A stretch of 63,081 nucleotides of DNA, counting the filler, from Reclinomonas americana ATCC 50394 (taxonomy: Eukaryota): assembly GCA_048213135.1 (NCBI GenBank). It is 29 parts of 29 records of this genome, joined end to end, with 100 filler letters (N's around TTAATTAATTAA, not from the genome) between each part and the next. Parts side by side here need not be neighbours in the genome. Positions count along the whole stretch, not along the records: positions 47,299 to 49,473 come from AFZH01025006.1; positions 49,574 to 51,749 come from AFZH01025007.1; positions 51,850 to 54,021 come from AFZH01025008.1; positions 54,122 to 56,290 come from AFZH01025011.1; positions 56,391 to 58,555 come from AFZH01025012.1; positions 58,656 to 60,819 come from AFZH01025013.1; 23 more parts are not named here. One strand, written 5' to 3'. Made by a program: the position numbers and the translations under genes. This document shows positions 47,388 through 60,819 of the stretch, piece after piece. The first letter of the stretch is position 1. Each line of letters starts with the position of its first letter. Below the pieces are notes generated by a model that had not been told where the DNA came from, ran no database searches, and saw only the letters and a program-made list of their open reading frames with translations.

Positions 47388-49347
47388 GCTGGCGATGGTG
47401 GTGCGGCTGCGGCACCTGCTGCCCCGCGCTTTGGTCTGTCGCGACCTGTCGCTCCGGCCACACCGGCGGCGACAGCGGCAGCGGCGGCGGATGATGACGA
47501 AGACGACGGCGATGTGCAACTGTTGCGTTTTGGATATCAGCGTTGTTTTATGATGGTTTGCGCGTGTGTGTGCTGACTGTTGCCTTCGCCCGTCCAGACC
47601 ATCGGCTGATGGGGAGTCGGCACAAAAACTGCCCTCTTTCAAGGCCGGCTTCGGTTTCAAACCACCCGCTGCAGCTGCAGCTGCGCCGCCACCACCACCT
47701 CCCGCCAGCGGTGACGGTGCGGGAGACGGGAGTGCTTCTGCTGCTGGTGCACCTGCTGCGGCGGCTGGTGGTTTCCGACCACCTGCTGCGGCGGCTGCCG
47801 GTGGTGGATTCAAGCCACCAAGCGCCAGTCCGTTTGCCAGTGCTGGATTCAAGCCGCCAGCCGCGGCTGCCGCTCCTTCCAGCACACCGACACCCACACC
47901 CCTGCCGGGCGCAGCTGCCGCGGCGCCAGTGTTTGGTATCAAGCCGCCGGCAGCGGCGGCAGCAGCGGCACCGAACCCAGGTGGTGCTGGATTCACGCCG
48001 AAAGCGCCACAGCAGCAAGCACCAGCAGCTGGTGGAGCACCTGCTTTTGGCTTCAAGCCACCAGCGGCGGCGGCGGCGGGTGGCGCGATGCCTGTCACGG
48101 CCGCGGCTCCCGCCGCGGCGCCAGTGGTTCCCATGGGTGGATTCCGTGCTCCTGGTGCGGGTCAACAACAACCGCAGCAGCAACAGCAGCAACAACCCCA
48201 ACAGCAGCCTGGAAATCCGTTTGGTGGATTCAAGCAGGCGCAAACGCGCTTGGCGCCACCAGCGCAAGTGCAGCAGCAAATGCAGCAGTACCAGCAACAG
48301 CAGGGTGAATACGATTCCGAATCCATGATGGATGCGGCCGCACCGCCGGCATTCAGCGGTGGAGCAGGCGCGGGAATGGGCATGGGCATGGGTATGGGTG
48401 GTGGCGGCGGCGCCAGCGCGGGAGCGAGTCCATTTGGCAACCCGTTCGGTGAGTCGTGTCTGTGCGTCCCTTGCCCTGCTGGCGTTTAGCTCACAGCGTG
48501 TGTGTGTGTGTAACTCGCAGCCAAGGGCCCGGCGCCTCAGGCTGCCGCACCACCGGCACGGTCGCCATTTGGTGGTGGCATGATGCAACAACAACAACAA
48601 CAACAACAACACCAGCAGCCTCAACAACACCAGCAACAACAGCAGCAGCAGCAGAGGCAGTTGATGCAGCGATCGCTGCCGACGAATCCGTTCTCTTCGC
48701 CGACGCCGAGTCCGTTTGGTGGCGGTGCATCCAGCGTGTCGCCGGGTCGATCGATGACCGGTGGTGGAATGGGTGGTGGTGGTGGTGGCGCCAAGAATCC
48801 ATTTGGTGCTCCCGCCGCAGCTCCGGCAGCGCCTGGCAATCCATTTGCTGGCGGTCGCGGTCACCAAGCGTCACCTGCACCCGCATTCGGCGCGCAGCAG
48901 CAGCACCAGCAGCAATATCAGCAACATCAGCAACATCAGCAACATCCGCAACATCAGCAGCAGCAGCAGCAGCAGCGCGGAGCGGCGGCGGGGAATCCGT
49001 TCGGCGCACGAGCGCCTGCAGCACCCGCTGCGACCACCTTTGGTGGTGGTGGCGGCCGCCCTGTCGGTGCCGTGCAAGCGTCGAATCCGTTTGGTGCACC
49101 GCGCGGTGGTGGTGGTGGCGGTGGTGCGGCGGCGGTGGGAGGCGGAATGGGAATGGGCATGGGCATGGGCATGGGAATGGGTGGTGGTGGTGGTGGCGGT
49201 GGTGGAGGTGGAGGTGCTGGCTTTGGTGCATCTCTGCCAAATAATCCATTTGCGGGCGGCAATGCAGGCGGCGCCGGCGCGAGTGGTGCCGGTGCGCGCA
49301 ATCTGTCGGCCGGCACGGCTCGTCCGGCTCGTCGGGCGAGGAGATGA
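47388..49347 (+). CDS. Low-complexity G/A/P/Q-rich C-terminal region with 8 NPF motifs and repeated GF[KR]PP motifs
   Basis: ORFs 47566-48489 and 48580-49347 are linked by an intron (about 48449-48520). Ends ...PARRARR*. Confidence 0.7.
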
Positions 49348-49413
49348 TGATCAACATAGACACAACTCAATGAATGAAAAAGATAAAAGAACGCAAAAGG
49401 GATGGGGGGAGGA

Positions 49414-49462
<49 letters not shown>

Positions 49463-49573
49463 TCGCGTAGTTGNNNNNNNNNNNNNNNNNNNNNNNNNNN
49501 NNNNNNNNNNNNNNNNNTTAATTAATTAANNNNNNNNNNNNNNNNNNNNNNNNNNNNNNNNNNNNNNNNNNNN

Positions 49574-51600
49574 GCATCAGGCCGCCGACTTTCCAAGCCG
49601 AGCACACAAAGACGTCGCACACTGCAGTCAGCGCAAACAAATGTCAGGCACCGGGTGAGTGGAAATATGCACAACAGGTGGGGGGAACACACACCCATCG
49701 ATGGTCCGTCGCTGTACATCCACTTGTCCTGCTCGACCATGGACATGAGGGAGCCAAAGTCGAGGCCGCGCTTGTCCATCTCCGCGTAAATCTGCATGGT
49801 GGTGAGGTTCTGGCTGAGATTGCCAAAGAGGCGGAAGTTGAACGCCTCCTCCCACATCTGGTGCGATGTGGCCGGGCTAATGTGACTGTGTCGCGTTCAC
49901 CATCATCATCCAGTCAGTAATCGCCCCCACTGTGCGGGGGGAAGCGCATTCTGAGCACGAAACGACACGAGGCCCAGGAGGATCTGCAGCGTCTTCATGA
50001 TGAGCGGCGCCGGCAGGTTCTTGTCGGGCGTATCGATCCAGCCTGTGTGATAGGCACGAGCTTCGTTAGTCGACAGGGGCACATGGTCGCACAATCAACG
50101 CAAAAACAAACCACTGTGTTGGTCGACGGAGCGATTGAAGGAATGCAGTGGGTGAGCAGCGAGCAGCATACACACAAAACGAGGCACATGCTTGACGCAA
50201 CAAGAACTGCAGTGAGAGAGGGAGAGGGATATTGTCAGAAGCATACAAATCATGAACAAAAAACGAGCAAAAAAACGACTCACGTAATTGTGGAAACTGG
50301 GGGCAGCAGAATGCAAGAGCAAGAAAGTGAGAAGAGCAAGACAAAGATCATTCACCGGCGGAGCGAAAACAAATCACACACCCGTACGGCTGTAAGAGCG
50401 CAGCAGTCAGCACTCGAAGTGCAAAAGAGGACAAGGAATATCCCGCCTTGCCCTCACAACGTACCACTCCCTCGACCTCGTTCTTGAACCACTCCACCAC
50501 GGCGGTCTCGTTAAAGATCGCCCGCGATTCGGCCGACAGCGGCACGTGAATCACGTTCATGTCGGCGGCCTCGGCCAGCTGCAACCAGCGCTTGTAGGGG
50601 TGGCGCTGAATCTTGTTGTCGGGCCAGTACGAGGTGTTGCTCGTGCTCTCGACCACATTCAGCTCGCCGTCGATCCACAGCGCCATCGTAAAGTGGCCAG
50701 TGTGCGCGCCCGAGCCCCACGCCTCCACCGGACTGTGCGCAGAGCCGAGTTGGCATGTCTTATTAAAAGAATGCAAGTGGAGGGAAGGGCACGCAACTCG
50801 AGTCCGTCAAGACGCAGCACGCCAATCCAATCGCCCGAGTGAATCAGACTCTCGTCCAGCTCCACCTTGGTGATGGTGCGCTCCACCAGCGGGTAGTTGA
50901 CGTACTGATCGAGGAACTGTGCGACAACGATTTTTTGATGAGGACGAACTGCATTTGAATAATGAGAGAGAGAGAGGCAGACAGGGATGACGTACCTCGC
51001 GGTTCGCATCCATGATAATCTTGGGGACGCCGGGTCCCTCCGCCACACCCACAAAGAGCTCGGCGGTGGCAGCCAGAGTCTCGGCCATCTCCGCCTCGGT
51101 GCCCATGAAGCGCAGCACCGCCACACCGTGATTCTGCAACCACGTGTGATCGCCGGCCGACGCCTTCTTGCTCCACTCCCAGTGAATGACATGCTGTCCG
51201 TGCAGCGCAATCGTCTTCAAGTGGAAGCCCTCGCTGGTGGCCAGCAGGTAAAAGTCGCTGCAGAACGTGGACGTGGCCGAGCCGGCAGTGATGCTCAGCT
51301 CAAACCCGCCGTTATTCACATCGCGCCCGTCGTCGGGCATGGCGCTGCCGACCGTCAGGGTGGCGTTGTTCGACTTGAAGCAGGGCGTGGACCAGCTCAG
51401 AGTCTGCCCAGGCACCGCCCCGCCCAGGTACTCGGGAATGAATTGGTAGAAGCGGCCGGGCAGCGGAGTCTTTCTTGGCAATGAGCGACAACACACACGA
51501 TGAAAAATCAGTTGCACGAGTGACACACCGGAGATCCATCGGCCATGTGCAGCTTGCTGATAAAGTCGGCGACCTTGCGACGCTTCACCTCTGCGCGCAC
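49574..51600 (-). CDS. Permuted papain-like (NlpC/P60 superfamily) protein of the plant/protist At1g70160-like family, spliced, partial
   Basis: IHSGDWIGVLRLDGL, GAHTGHFTMALWIDGELNVVES, EG..YG, WIDTP..NLP and W.YSDGPSMVCDVFVC, with the His before the Cys (permuted order). Confidence 0.7.
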
Positions 51601-51656
51601 ATCGGAATCAGTGTCTGTCTAAAAAAATCACCCACTCTCCACAACAGCCCCCAAGT

Positions 51657-51711
<55 letters not shown>

Positions 51712-51955
51712 TGAGGAGAAGATAGAAGCAAACAACACGACCACCACCANNNNNNNNNNNNNNNNNNNNNNNNNNNNNNNNNNNNNNNNNNNNTTAATTA
51801 ATTAANNNNNNNNNNNNNNNNNNNNNNNNNNNNNNNNNNNNNNNNNNNNCAATGGACAAGAGGGGGGGAGAGAGAGCGAGGCGAAGGAAAACAGAGTGGC
51901 GATGCACGTACGCACGCGCGCGCGCGCCACCGCATCACACCGCCAATCCCGAGCA

Positions 51956-52845
51956 TCACTCCACAGTCATCATCTCGTAGCCACCAGACTGGTCGTACGA
52001 GTAGCGTTGTGCGAAGGCAGCTGTTGCGACAAAACGCACACGCATGGCAATTGATCAGTCTTCTGCTCGACAACAACGCGTGGGTGGAACAGTGCCGCCT
52101 CTCACCCTTTTGGTTGAATGGTGTGTGGTGGTACGGCTCAATGACTTCCAATGGTACGCCTGTTGAGCTGCCGGATGCCTCGCCTGCGCCGCCGTGGTAC
52201 ATGACATCGTCGCACTGGAAGCTGACGGCTGAGTCTGTCGAATCGGCCGAGCCACCACGGTCAATGCCGTCGCCGAGCGACTGATGCGACTCGACGCACA
52301 CGCCCTGCGACGCCTGAATGTGCGCGCCAATGCGGCACACCACTTGCTCTGTGCAGCAATGGCACGAGGACTCGTGGACACTGGCCGAGTGGGCGCACAG
52401 CTGTGTGGTTCACGTGTGAGCAATCTTTGTGCAAAAAGAGAAAGATCTCCAATAAACAAACCTCCTGCTGGTAGCGCTGGAAGTCGCTGGTGGAGATTGA
52501 CAGGTTGAAGTTGATGAGGTAGAGGAACTCGAGCTCCAGTGCGTTCATCTCCTTGTTCGAGACACCACCGACGCGGGCGTAGTAGCCGTTGTTGTAGTAG
52601 ACATCGTCAAAGAACTTGGCGGCCGTCATCACCGAGGTGACCAACAATCGGTGCACGTTCAGCGTTGAGATGATGAAGCCCGGATTCCGGTGAATCAGAC
52701 GGTCGAGGTAGATCAGGGCAACCACAAAGCACTCGGGTGAGCAGTGCGCGTACTTGACGAGCCGGTCGAGGTAGGCGCGAATGGTGATGGCTGGTGTCTT
52801 GAGCGCATGGAAAATCGTGACTTGTTGTGCTGACAATGACAACTG
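51956..52845 (-). CDS. PHO80/P-type (cyclin U) cyclin; N-terminus unresolved
   Basis: IFHALKTPAITIRAYLDRLVKYAHCSPECFVVALIYLDR...NVHRLLVTSVMTAAKFFDDVYYNNGYYARVGGV..EMNALELEFL. Two downstream introns lead to TGA at 51956. Confidence 0.92.
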
Positions 52846-54121
52846 TGCGCGGGGGAGAGGCGTGGTGAGAGACTGATGAAAGAGGGTGGAGGGAGAGAGT
52901 GGAGAGGCGGGGACACCCGAATTGAACATTGGTGGCGGGGGAAAAGAGGGCCGGACATGAAGAGAAACACAACGACACGGCACAAGCACGGCACAGCGTA
53001 GCGCAGCACACGTGCCGGGCAAAACAAGCAGGAGCAATCCCAAAGTGGAAACGGGTGCCGCCACGCAACCGGAAGGCAGGTGCAAGGGAGAAAGCGGATG
53101 AAACGCAAAATCGATCTTTTTTCGGCAATGTGCGACTGAAGGAATTGATAGGGCGCACATTGACCACACACACTCTCTCGGCAGAATGTGCGCCCCCGAG
53201 GGGGGCGTGACAGAAGAGGGAGAAGGAGGAGGAGGCGTGGGGGAAAAACTTGCAGACTCAAAGTGGCCACGTCCGCTCATCGCAACGCGTGCACCATCCA
53301 CAGCCATCCACACACGCACAGAGACCCGCGCCCGCGGGGCAAACGGAAGAGTAGCCAATGCACGTCCACAAGCACACCCAGAGAAAATGTGTAGACACCG
53401 GAGTGAAAGAAGAGCGGGGAGAGAGAAGTGGTGAACTGCGAGAAGGAATCTCGTGCAGCAGTCATACCGACAACGACTACAAAATAAAAAACGCCTCTCT
53501 CTTCTCACACGCACACAAGCACACAAGCGCACACACACAACCCAAGCAGTGGGGAGAGGAAGAGCGAAAGAAAGAAAGAGAGGCACGGGGCAGGGGGAGG
53601 AGGAGATGGCGCGATCAAAAAAGACCAAGATGGAAATCGCGCGGCCCGCTAACCGTCTCTCGCGCCCGCGCGCTCTCGTTAATTGCACCCTCTCTTTCCC
53701 TCCCCCCCCACACACACCCACTGTACCCAACACAACACACACCAAGAAAAAAGCGCACAAGACAACATGGAAGCGCATCATCATTCATCACAACACTCAC
53801 CTCATCATTACGCGACGTGATTTGTGACAAGACTGTGCGCGTGGTGACACGAGGTGAGACACAGTGAGAGGGGGAAGGCGGCCAACAGCAAGTGGAGACG
53901 CACCACAGCTGAGAATGGGCACAAAGAATGCGTTGGCGGTTTCGGCATCGGCCAGTGACTGTGTCGCCTCCTCAATCAGACACAACGGTGGCGACGGTGG
54001 CGAAGGTGGTGCACGACGATGNNNNNNNNNNNNNNNNNNNNNNNNNNNNNNNNNNNNNNNNNNNNTTAATTAATTAANNNNNNNNNNNNNNNNNNNNNNN
54101 NNNNNNNNNNNNNNNNNNNNN

Positions 54122-56225
54122 TGTCGACGATCAGGAGGGTGCGTTCCCCATCAAGGCCATTGACGAAAACTACCGAGTGCGATACCTGCCGCAGTACATC
54201 AACCCGATGAAGAGCATTCGCGGGCGTGCGTCACACTTACAGAAGCCACGATGCTGAGTGCTGGTGGATGCTGATCTGAACTCTGTGATTGTGGTTGTGT
54301 GCAGGTGCCCGCAATTACCGGGACCGTGACATTTTCCGCATGGTACGCATGATCCCGTGGCAGAAAGACAGCGAGATTTTCCGGAACCGCGACGATGTCT
54401 GGACGTCGCCGGAACACTTTTTGCAAATGTTGCGTCCGTTCTGCAGACTGCTGCTCTCTTCTCTCTCCCACCCGTGAGCGCTGATGATTTCCGCAGTTTG
54501 AAGGGCGACTCGGAGGATCATGCGATTCTGCTCATCAACTTTTTCATGCACGCCCACTTCAAGAAGGTGACGAGTGGACAGGAGAAAAAGAGAGTGTTGT
54601 GTGTACTGCGCTCTGCTCACGAGTGCGGCTGCCGTAGGACGTGTACCTCTGTGTGGGCAAGACGCGTCACGATGAGGATCACGTGTGGGTCATGGAACGC
54701 GATCGAGAAACAAGTGCCGTCCTCTTCTGGGAGTGTGCCAATGGCAAAATCTACCGGGTACGCCTTGTGCTCCTTGCGCACTGCTCGTGTGCCTTATCGT
54801 TCTCACTGTTTGTGGTGTCGTGTCACGCAGGTTGAGCGCGCCTATGCGCCAGACGAAGGTGAGCTGCTTGCGTCATTCGCTGCATGTTGTAATACAGTTC
54901 ATACTCTAACGCTTGATTCGATGGAGTAGGCGAGGTCGGGAGACTGGAGGTGGGCAGACCTCATTTGGTGTGCACTCGTTTGCTGCAGCATCCACTCACA
55001 CATGTTGCACTTCACAGGAACCCGAGTCGCCAATGGAGGCCGGTCCATCGGTTCGACTCTGTTGCTCGTTCTCTCTCCCCAACCGCAGCGTGCGGTGCAC
55101 TGACTGTTGGCATCTCACAGGGAGCGCAGTCGGAGGGCGAGGCAAACGAGACACATGTGGAGGTGGAGCTGCCGGAGCTGATGCCGGACGACACGTCGGC
55201 ACAAATCGATGTCACTCTTGCCACGCATGCTCAGTTCGATGTGGCGCCCGTCATGTGGTGCGTGCGTGCGTGCGTGCGTGCGTGCTGTGGTCGACCATGT
55301 GCTGCATGGAAAAACTGAAGTCGATTCGTGCATGTGTAGGACTGCGGATCAACTGCGAATGCACGGAGGCCTGGCGATGGGTGATGCGCTAGACCGGCAG
55401 CTGCCGTACAAGTCTATTGAGGTGGTCTTCAACAGAGAGAACATTTGGGCCAATCTGCAAGACATGTCACCGGCGGTGCGTCGCTGTCTGCTCAGCTCTT
55501 TCGTTTTTTGCGTGTTTGACACTCCACGACAGTCCATGCTCTACACCTTCACCGACGAGGATCGCTGGAGGCCGTACATGACACCCGAATTGCGTGCTCA
55601 GCTGGTGCGCGATCGCGAGTGCTGTCCCTATCGTCGCTTTCGCACTCACCCTGTCGAGATAGGGAGAGACGGCACCGGAAATCCTGGAGCCTTACTACCA
55701 GCAGGTGCGCATGCGACCAAAGATGTCGCAGCCGGTGCGCGACCGTTTCGAGAAACGCATCCGTTCTGAGCTCATGAGTTGCGTCGTGGTCCGTGCCTCT
55801 TTCCACCCCCACTTGCGTCACCAACTGTGACATTGCTCTCAGACCATTACATGCAACACCGATTCTATGAAAACCTCGGCGGCAAGGAACACAAGGGTCG
55901 CGAGCTGCAGCTGGTGCTGCGCAGAGGGCTGGAGATCTACGAGCGACTGCAGGTGTGTGTGTGTGTGCATGCGTATGTGTGCGCGTGTTGTGGGATACGC
56001 CTGCAGCACCCTGACTTGCGGCGGCGCAGGTAGAAGATCCTGTGCAGTTGCAACGGCGGAGTCGAGAACGCTCTGACATTTGGGAGGACTTGCGGCTGGT
56101 GCGAAAACAACTGCGTGCCATGGACCGGCCGGATGTGTCGCGTGCAGAGAAGAGGGAACTGATGAGCAAGGAGCGCAAGTTGACTGCGAAATTCAAGGAG
56201 GCCAGCAAGGAGATGAAGAACTTTG
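54122..56225 (+). CDS. CC2D2A/CEP76-family C-terminal transglutaminase-like region (centriole/transition zone), spliced fragment
   Basis: MVRMIPW, VWTSPEHFL.ILKGDSEDHAILLINFF, YLCVG....HVWVM, VLFWE...G..Y and IEVVFNRENIWANLQ. Confidence 0.8.
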
Positions 56226-56390
56226 GTTGCGTGCACTGCCTTTGATGGTAGTGGTGGTGGTGCTGGTGGTGTCGCGAGGTGGTGCTCATTNNNNNNNNNN
56301 NNNNNNNNNNNNNNNNNNNNNNNNNNNNNNNNNNTTAATTAATTAANNNNNNNNNNNNNNNNNNNNNNNNNNNNNNNNNNNNNNNNNNNN

Positions 56391-58527
56391 TTGCACGATG
56401 ACGAGACCGAATCGCTGACACCGCTGGGTCATGGTTGCGTCTGGCGTGTCTCCGTGTTGTTGTTGTTGGTGTGTCCGTATTCACCGCGTGCGCATGCAGT
56501 GCTCTCCCGTCTGCCCGTTGATCTCGAGCTTGGCAAGATGCTTGTGCTCGGCTCCTTGTTCCACCTGATCGACCCGCTGATGATCATTGCAGCTGCGCTC
56601 ACGGTGCAGAGCCCGTTTGTTCGCGTTCCCGAGGGCAATCACGAACTCATGGAGGTAAAGTGCATGCGCGCGCCAAACGTTCCGTTTGTTATCTGCTGTG
56701 CTGACAGACCAATGCAGGCCAAGCGCAGCTTCGACAGTGAGCATGGCGATCCCATCACGCTGCTCAACGTGTTCGACTCGTGGATCAAAGTCAAGAACGA
56801 GCGACAGGTCGGTGGTGCTTTGGTGTGTGGCGGGCGGCGCGCGTGTGTGTGACTGACGTGGACACAATGTGGACAGGGATCATCCCGGCGGTGGGCCACC
56901 AAGCACGCCCTGGAGGAGCAGCGATTGTACGAAATGGCCAAGCTGAAGCAGCAGTTCCGCGACATTCTGCTGGACTCGGGGCTCGTGAACAGGCAGACGT
57001 TGAGCGACTGGCGCACCCAACGCGGCATGGTGGTCGACGAGAAGCACCACTCGTACGAGCAGCATGATCGGCGCGAGGGGGGCGGCAGTCGAGGTGGTGG
57101 TCGTGGTCGGCGCTTTGATCGTCGCCAACAGCGCGGAGATGACGAGGGCGAGCGGGAGCCTGAGGCTGGTGGTGCAAGCGCGAGTGGCGTGGCGTCGTTG
57201 TCACGGCGAGAGAAGCGCGAGAAGCTTTTGGATTTGCAGCGGAAGCGAGAGCGATCCGGCCGCCGACTGCTGCGACTGGACGGAAGTGTGGAAGAAGAAG
57301 GTGCAGTGCGCATCTCGTGGAGTGATTTGCACTGCAGCTTTTTGCTGACCCGTTTGGCTTGATTTTGTCTTGAGCAGCTGCTTCGCGGGACATTGACATT
57401 CGGCACACGGAGTTCCTGCTGACTTGCGACGTGGAGGATCTGGTGGAGAGTGTGGCCAGTCGCGCCATGAGTCGCGAGGACGTCAATGTGCTGCGCTTCA
57501 TCCTCGCATCGGGGTTGTATCCAAACTTGGCCTTCCCCGACGAGTTCAACCTGCAACGACCACTCACCGAGCACACCTTCCACACCAAGTACAAATCATT
57601 CGTGTCGCTCCACCCCGGTAGCTCGCTGTATGGCCGTCCAGCTGTTGCGTGGGGCGGGCGTGGCGATAGCTTCTGTCGATGTTTTTCGGGGGTGATGTTC
57701 ACTCCTTTCCCCTGACACAGGCCTTGCAGCCAAACGAGGCTCTGTGCTATCAGAAGATCCTGGAGACCAACAAACCGTACCTGACGGGCGTGTTCCCGGT
57801 ACCAGCGGTGCATTTCTGTCTCCTGCTCGGACGCCAGCGTTGCGCACACCACGCTCGTTCCACCACTTGTCGTCGACCGTGTCTGATTGTTTTTTCTGTG
57901 CAGTGGACATGTCGGTGAATGGTCGACTGTTGGTTGGTACGTGACGCGTTTCTAACTCACGGATTATTGTGCTTGATGGCTCACCACAAAACTGCGATGC
58001 AGTGGACAACTGGGTGGAGCTCTCGTTTCCCAGCATTTCCACGGCCGAGACCACATTGACGGTGGTGTGCCAACTGCGACGCATGCTGGTCACCCTGCTG
58101 GAGCGCAAGTTGGTTGAGCACGTCCGTCGCTATCAACGTGCCTCCACCATTGCCGAGACATCAGCTGCAGCAGCAGCAGCAGCAGCGGCGGCGGCGGCAG
58201 TACAAACTGCGGCTGCCGAGGGTTCGGCGTCTGATGGCAGACCCGACGAACTGCCGGTCTTCCTCAGCCGCATTCGACAGGAGCACGCGCAGCCGTTGGA
58301 GTGCTCCACGCAAGCCGTCTCGCGTTGCGTCGCCTGAACGGTGTGCTGGACTTGGCATTGCGGTCGACTTACGCACACGATATCTCGCGCAGGTTTGCTC
58401 GCCGAGTTTATGGAGACGAACATCGAGTCCACGCTCAAGTGCCTCTCACATCTCGACGTGATCACCACATTCATTCCGGCCACGAGTGGTACCACCATGC
58501 GTGAACGGGCGACCAAGGCCTTGGAGG
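56391..58527 (+). CDS. DHX34: DEAH-box helicase DHX34-like, HA2/OB-fold C-terminal fragment (copy A)
   Basis: LTPLGHVLSRLPVDLELGKML, AAALTVQSPF, HGDPITLLNVFDSW, LEEQRLYEMAKLKQQF, SGLYPNLA and YQKILETNKPYL. Confidence 0.88.
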
Positions 58528-58682
58528 GTATGTTTCCTTTCTTTTCCCTTTCTCTNNNNNNNNNNNNNNNNNNNNNNNNNNNNNNNNNNNNNNNNNNNNT
58601 TAATTAATTAANNNNNNNNNNNNNNNNNNNNNNNNNNNNNNNNNNNNNNNNNNNNGAAAGGAAAAAGGGGGAGGCAACATAC

Positions 58683-60819
58683 CCTCCAAGGCCTTGGTCG
58701 CCCGTTCACGCATGGTGGTACCACTCGTGGCCGGAATGAATGTGGTGATCACGTCGAGATGTGAGAGGCACTTGAGCGTGGACTCGATGTTGGTCTCCAT
58801 AAACTCGGCGAGCAAACCTGCGCGAGACATCGTGTGCATAAGTCGACCGCAATGCCAAGTCCAGCACACCGTTCAGGCGACGCAACGCGAGACGGCTTGC
58901 GTGGAGCACTCCAACGGCTGCGCGTGCTCCTGCTGAATGCGGCTGAGGAAGACCGGCAGTTCGTCGGGTCTGCCATCAGACGCCGAACCCTCGGCAGCCG
59001 CAGTTTGTACTGCCGCCGCCGCCGCCGCTGCTGCTGCTGCTGCAGCTGATGTCTCGGCAATGGTGGTGGCACGTTGATAGCGACGGACGTGCTCGACCAA
59101 CTTGCGCTCCAGCAGGGTGACCAGCATGCGTCGCAGTTGGCACACCACCGTCAATGTGGTCTCGGCCGTGGAAATGCTGGGAAACGAGAGCTCCACCCAG
59201 TTGTCCACTGCATCGCAGACTGTGGTGAGCCATCAAGCACAATATAACCCGTGAGTTAGAAACGCGTCACGTACCAACCAACAGTCGACCATTCACCGAC
59301 ATGTCCACTGCACAGAAAAAACAATCAGACACAGTCGACGACAAGTGGTGGAACGAGCGTGGTGTGCGCAACGCTGACGTCCGAGCAGGAGACAGAAATG
59401 CACCGCTGGTACCGGGAACACGCCCGTCAGGTACGGTTTGTTGGTCTCCAGGATCTTCTGATAGCACAGAGCCTCGTTTGGCTGCAAGGCCTGTGTCAGG
59501 AGAAGGGAGTGAACATCACCCCCGAAAAACATCGACAGAAGCTATCGCCACGCCCGCCCCACGCAACAGCTGGACGGCCATACAGCGAGCTACCGGGGTG
59601 GAGCGACACGAATGATTTGTACTTGGTGTGGAAGGTGTGCTCGGTGAGTGGTCGTTGCAGGTTGAACTCGTCGGGGAAGGCCAAGTTTGGATACAACCCC
59701 GATGCTAGGATGAAGCGCAGCACATTGACGTCCTCGCGACTCATGGCGCGACTGGCCACACTCTCCACCAGATCCTCCACGTCGCAAGTCAGCAGGAACT
59801 CCGTGTGCCGAATGTCAATGTCTCGCGAAGCAGCTGCTCAAGACAAAATCAAGACAAAATCAAGTCAGCAAAAAGCTGCAATTCAAACCACTCCACGAGA
59901 TGCGCACTGCACCTTCTTCTTCCACACTTCCGTCCAGTCGCAGCAGTCGGCGGCCAGATCGCTCTCGCTTCCGCTGCAAATCCAAAAGCTTCTCGCGCTT
60001 CTCGCGCCGTGACAACGACGCCACGCCACTCGCGCTTGCACCACCAGCCTCAGGCTCCCGCTCGCCCTCGTCATCTCCGCGCTGTTGGCGACGATCAAAG
60101 CGCCGACCACGACCACCACCTCGACTGCCGCCCCCCTCGCGCCGATCATGCTGCTCGTACGAGTGGTGCTTCTCGTCGACCACCATGCCGCGTTGGGTGC
60201 GCCAGTCGCTCAACGTCTGCCTGTTCACGAGCCCCGAGTCCAGCAGAATGTCGCGGAACTGCTGCTTCAGCTTGGCCATTTCGTACAATCGCTGCTCCTC
60301 CAGGGCGTGCTTGGTGGCCCACCGCCGGGATGAGCCCTGTTCACATTGTGTCCACGTCAGTCACACACACGCGCGCCGTCCGCCACACACCAAAGCACCA
60401 CCGACCTGTCGCTCGTTCTTGACTTTGATCCACGAGTCGAACACGTTGAGCAGAGTGATGGGATCGCCATGCTCACTGTCGAAGCTGCGCTTGGCCTGCA
60501 TTGGTCTGTCAGCACAGCAGATAACAAACGGCACGTTTGGCGCGCGCATGCACTTTACCTCCATGAGTTCGTGATTGCCCTCGGGAACGCGAACAAACGG
60601 GCTCTGCACCGTGAGCGCAGCTGCAATGATCATCAGCGGGTCGATCAGGTGGAACAAGGAGCCGAGCACAAGCATCTTGCCGAGCTCGAGATCCACGGGC
60701 AGACGGGAGAGCACTGCATGCGCACGCGGTGAATAAGGGCACACCAACAACAACACGGAGACACGCCAGACGCAACCGTGACCCAGCGGTGTCAGCGATT
60801 CGGTCTCGTCATCGTGCAG
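58683..60819 (-). CDS. DHX34: DHX34-like fragment, near-identical second copy (copy B, probable allele)
   Basis: Reverse complement of 56391-58555 with scattered SNPs and small intronic indels. Confidence 0.88.

Noticed and set aside
52846..53784. Long N-terminal extension of the 507-aa cyclin ORF
   Set aside because: Reads like translated intron/UTR (Cys/Leu/Phe-rich, from microsatellites). The true first exon is unresolved.
56391..60819. 4.4-kb inverted repeat or palindrome
   Set aside because: The arms are separate contigs joined by the spacer and are most likely alleles.
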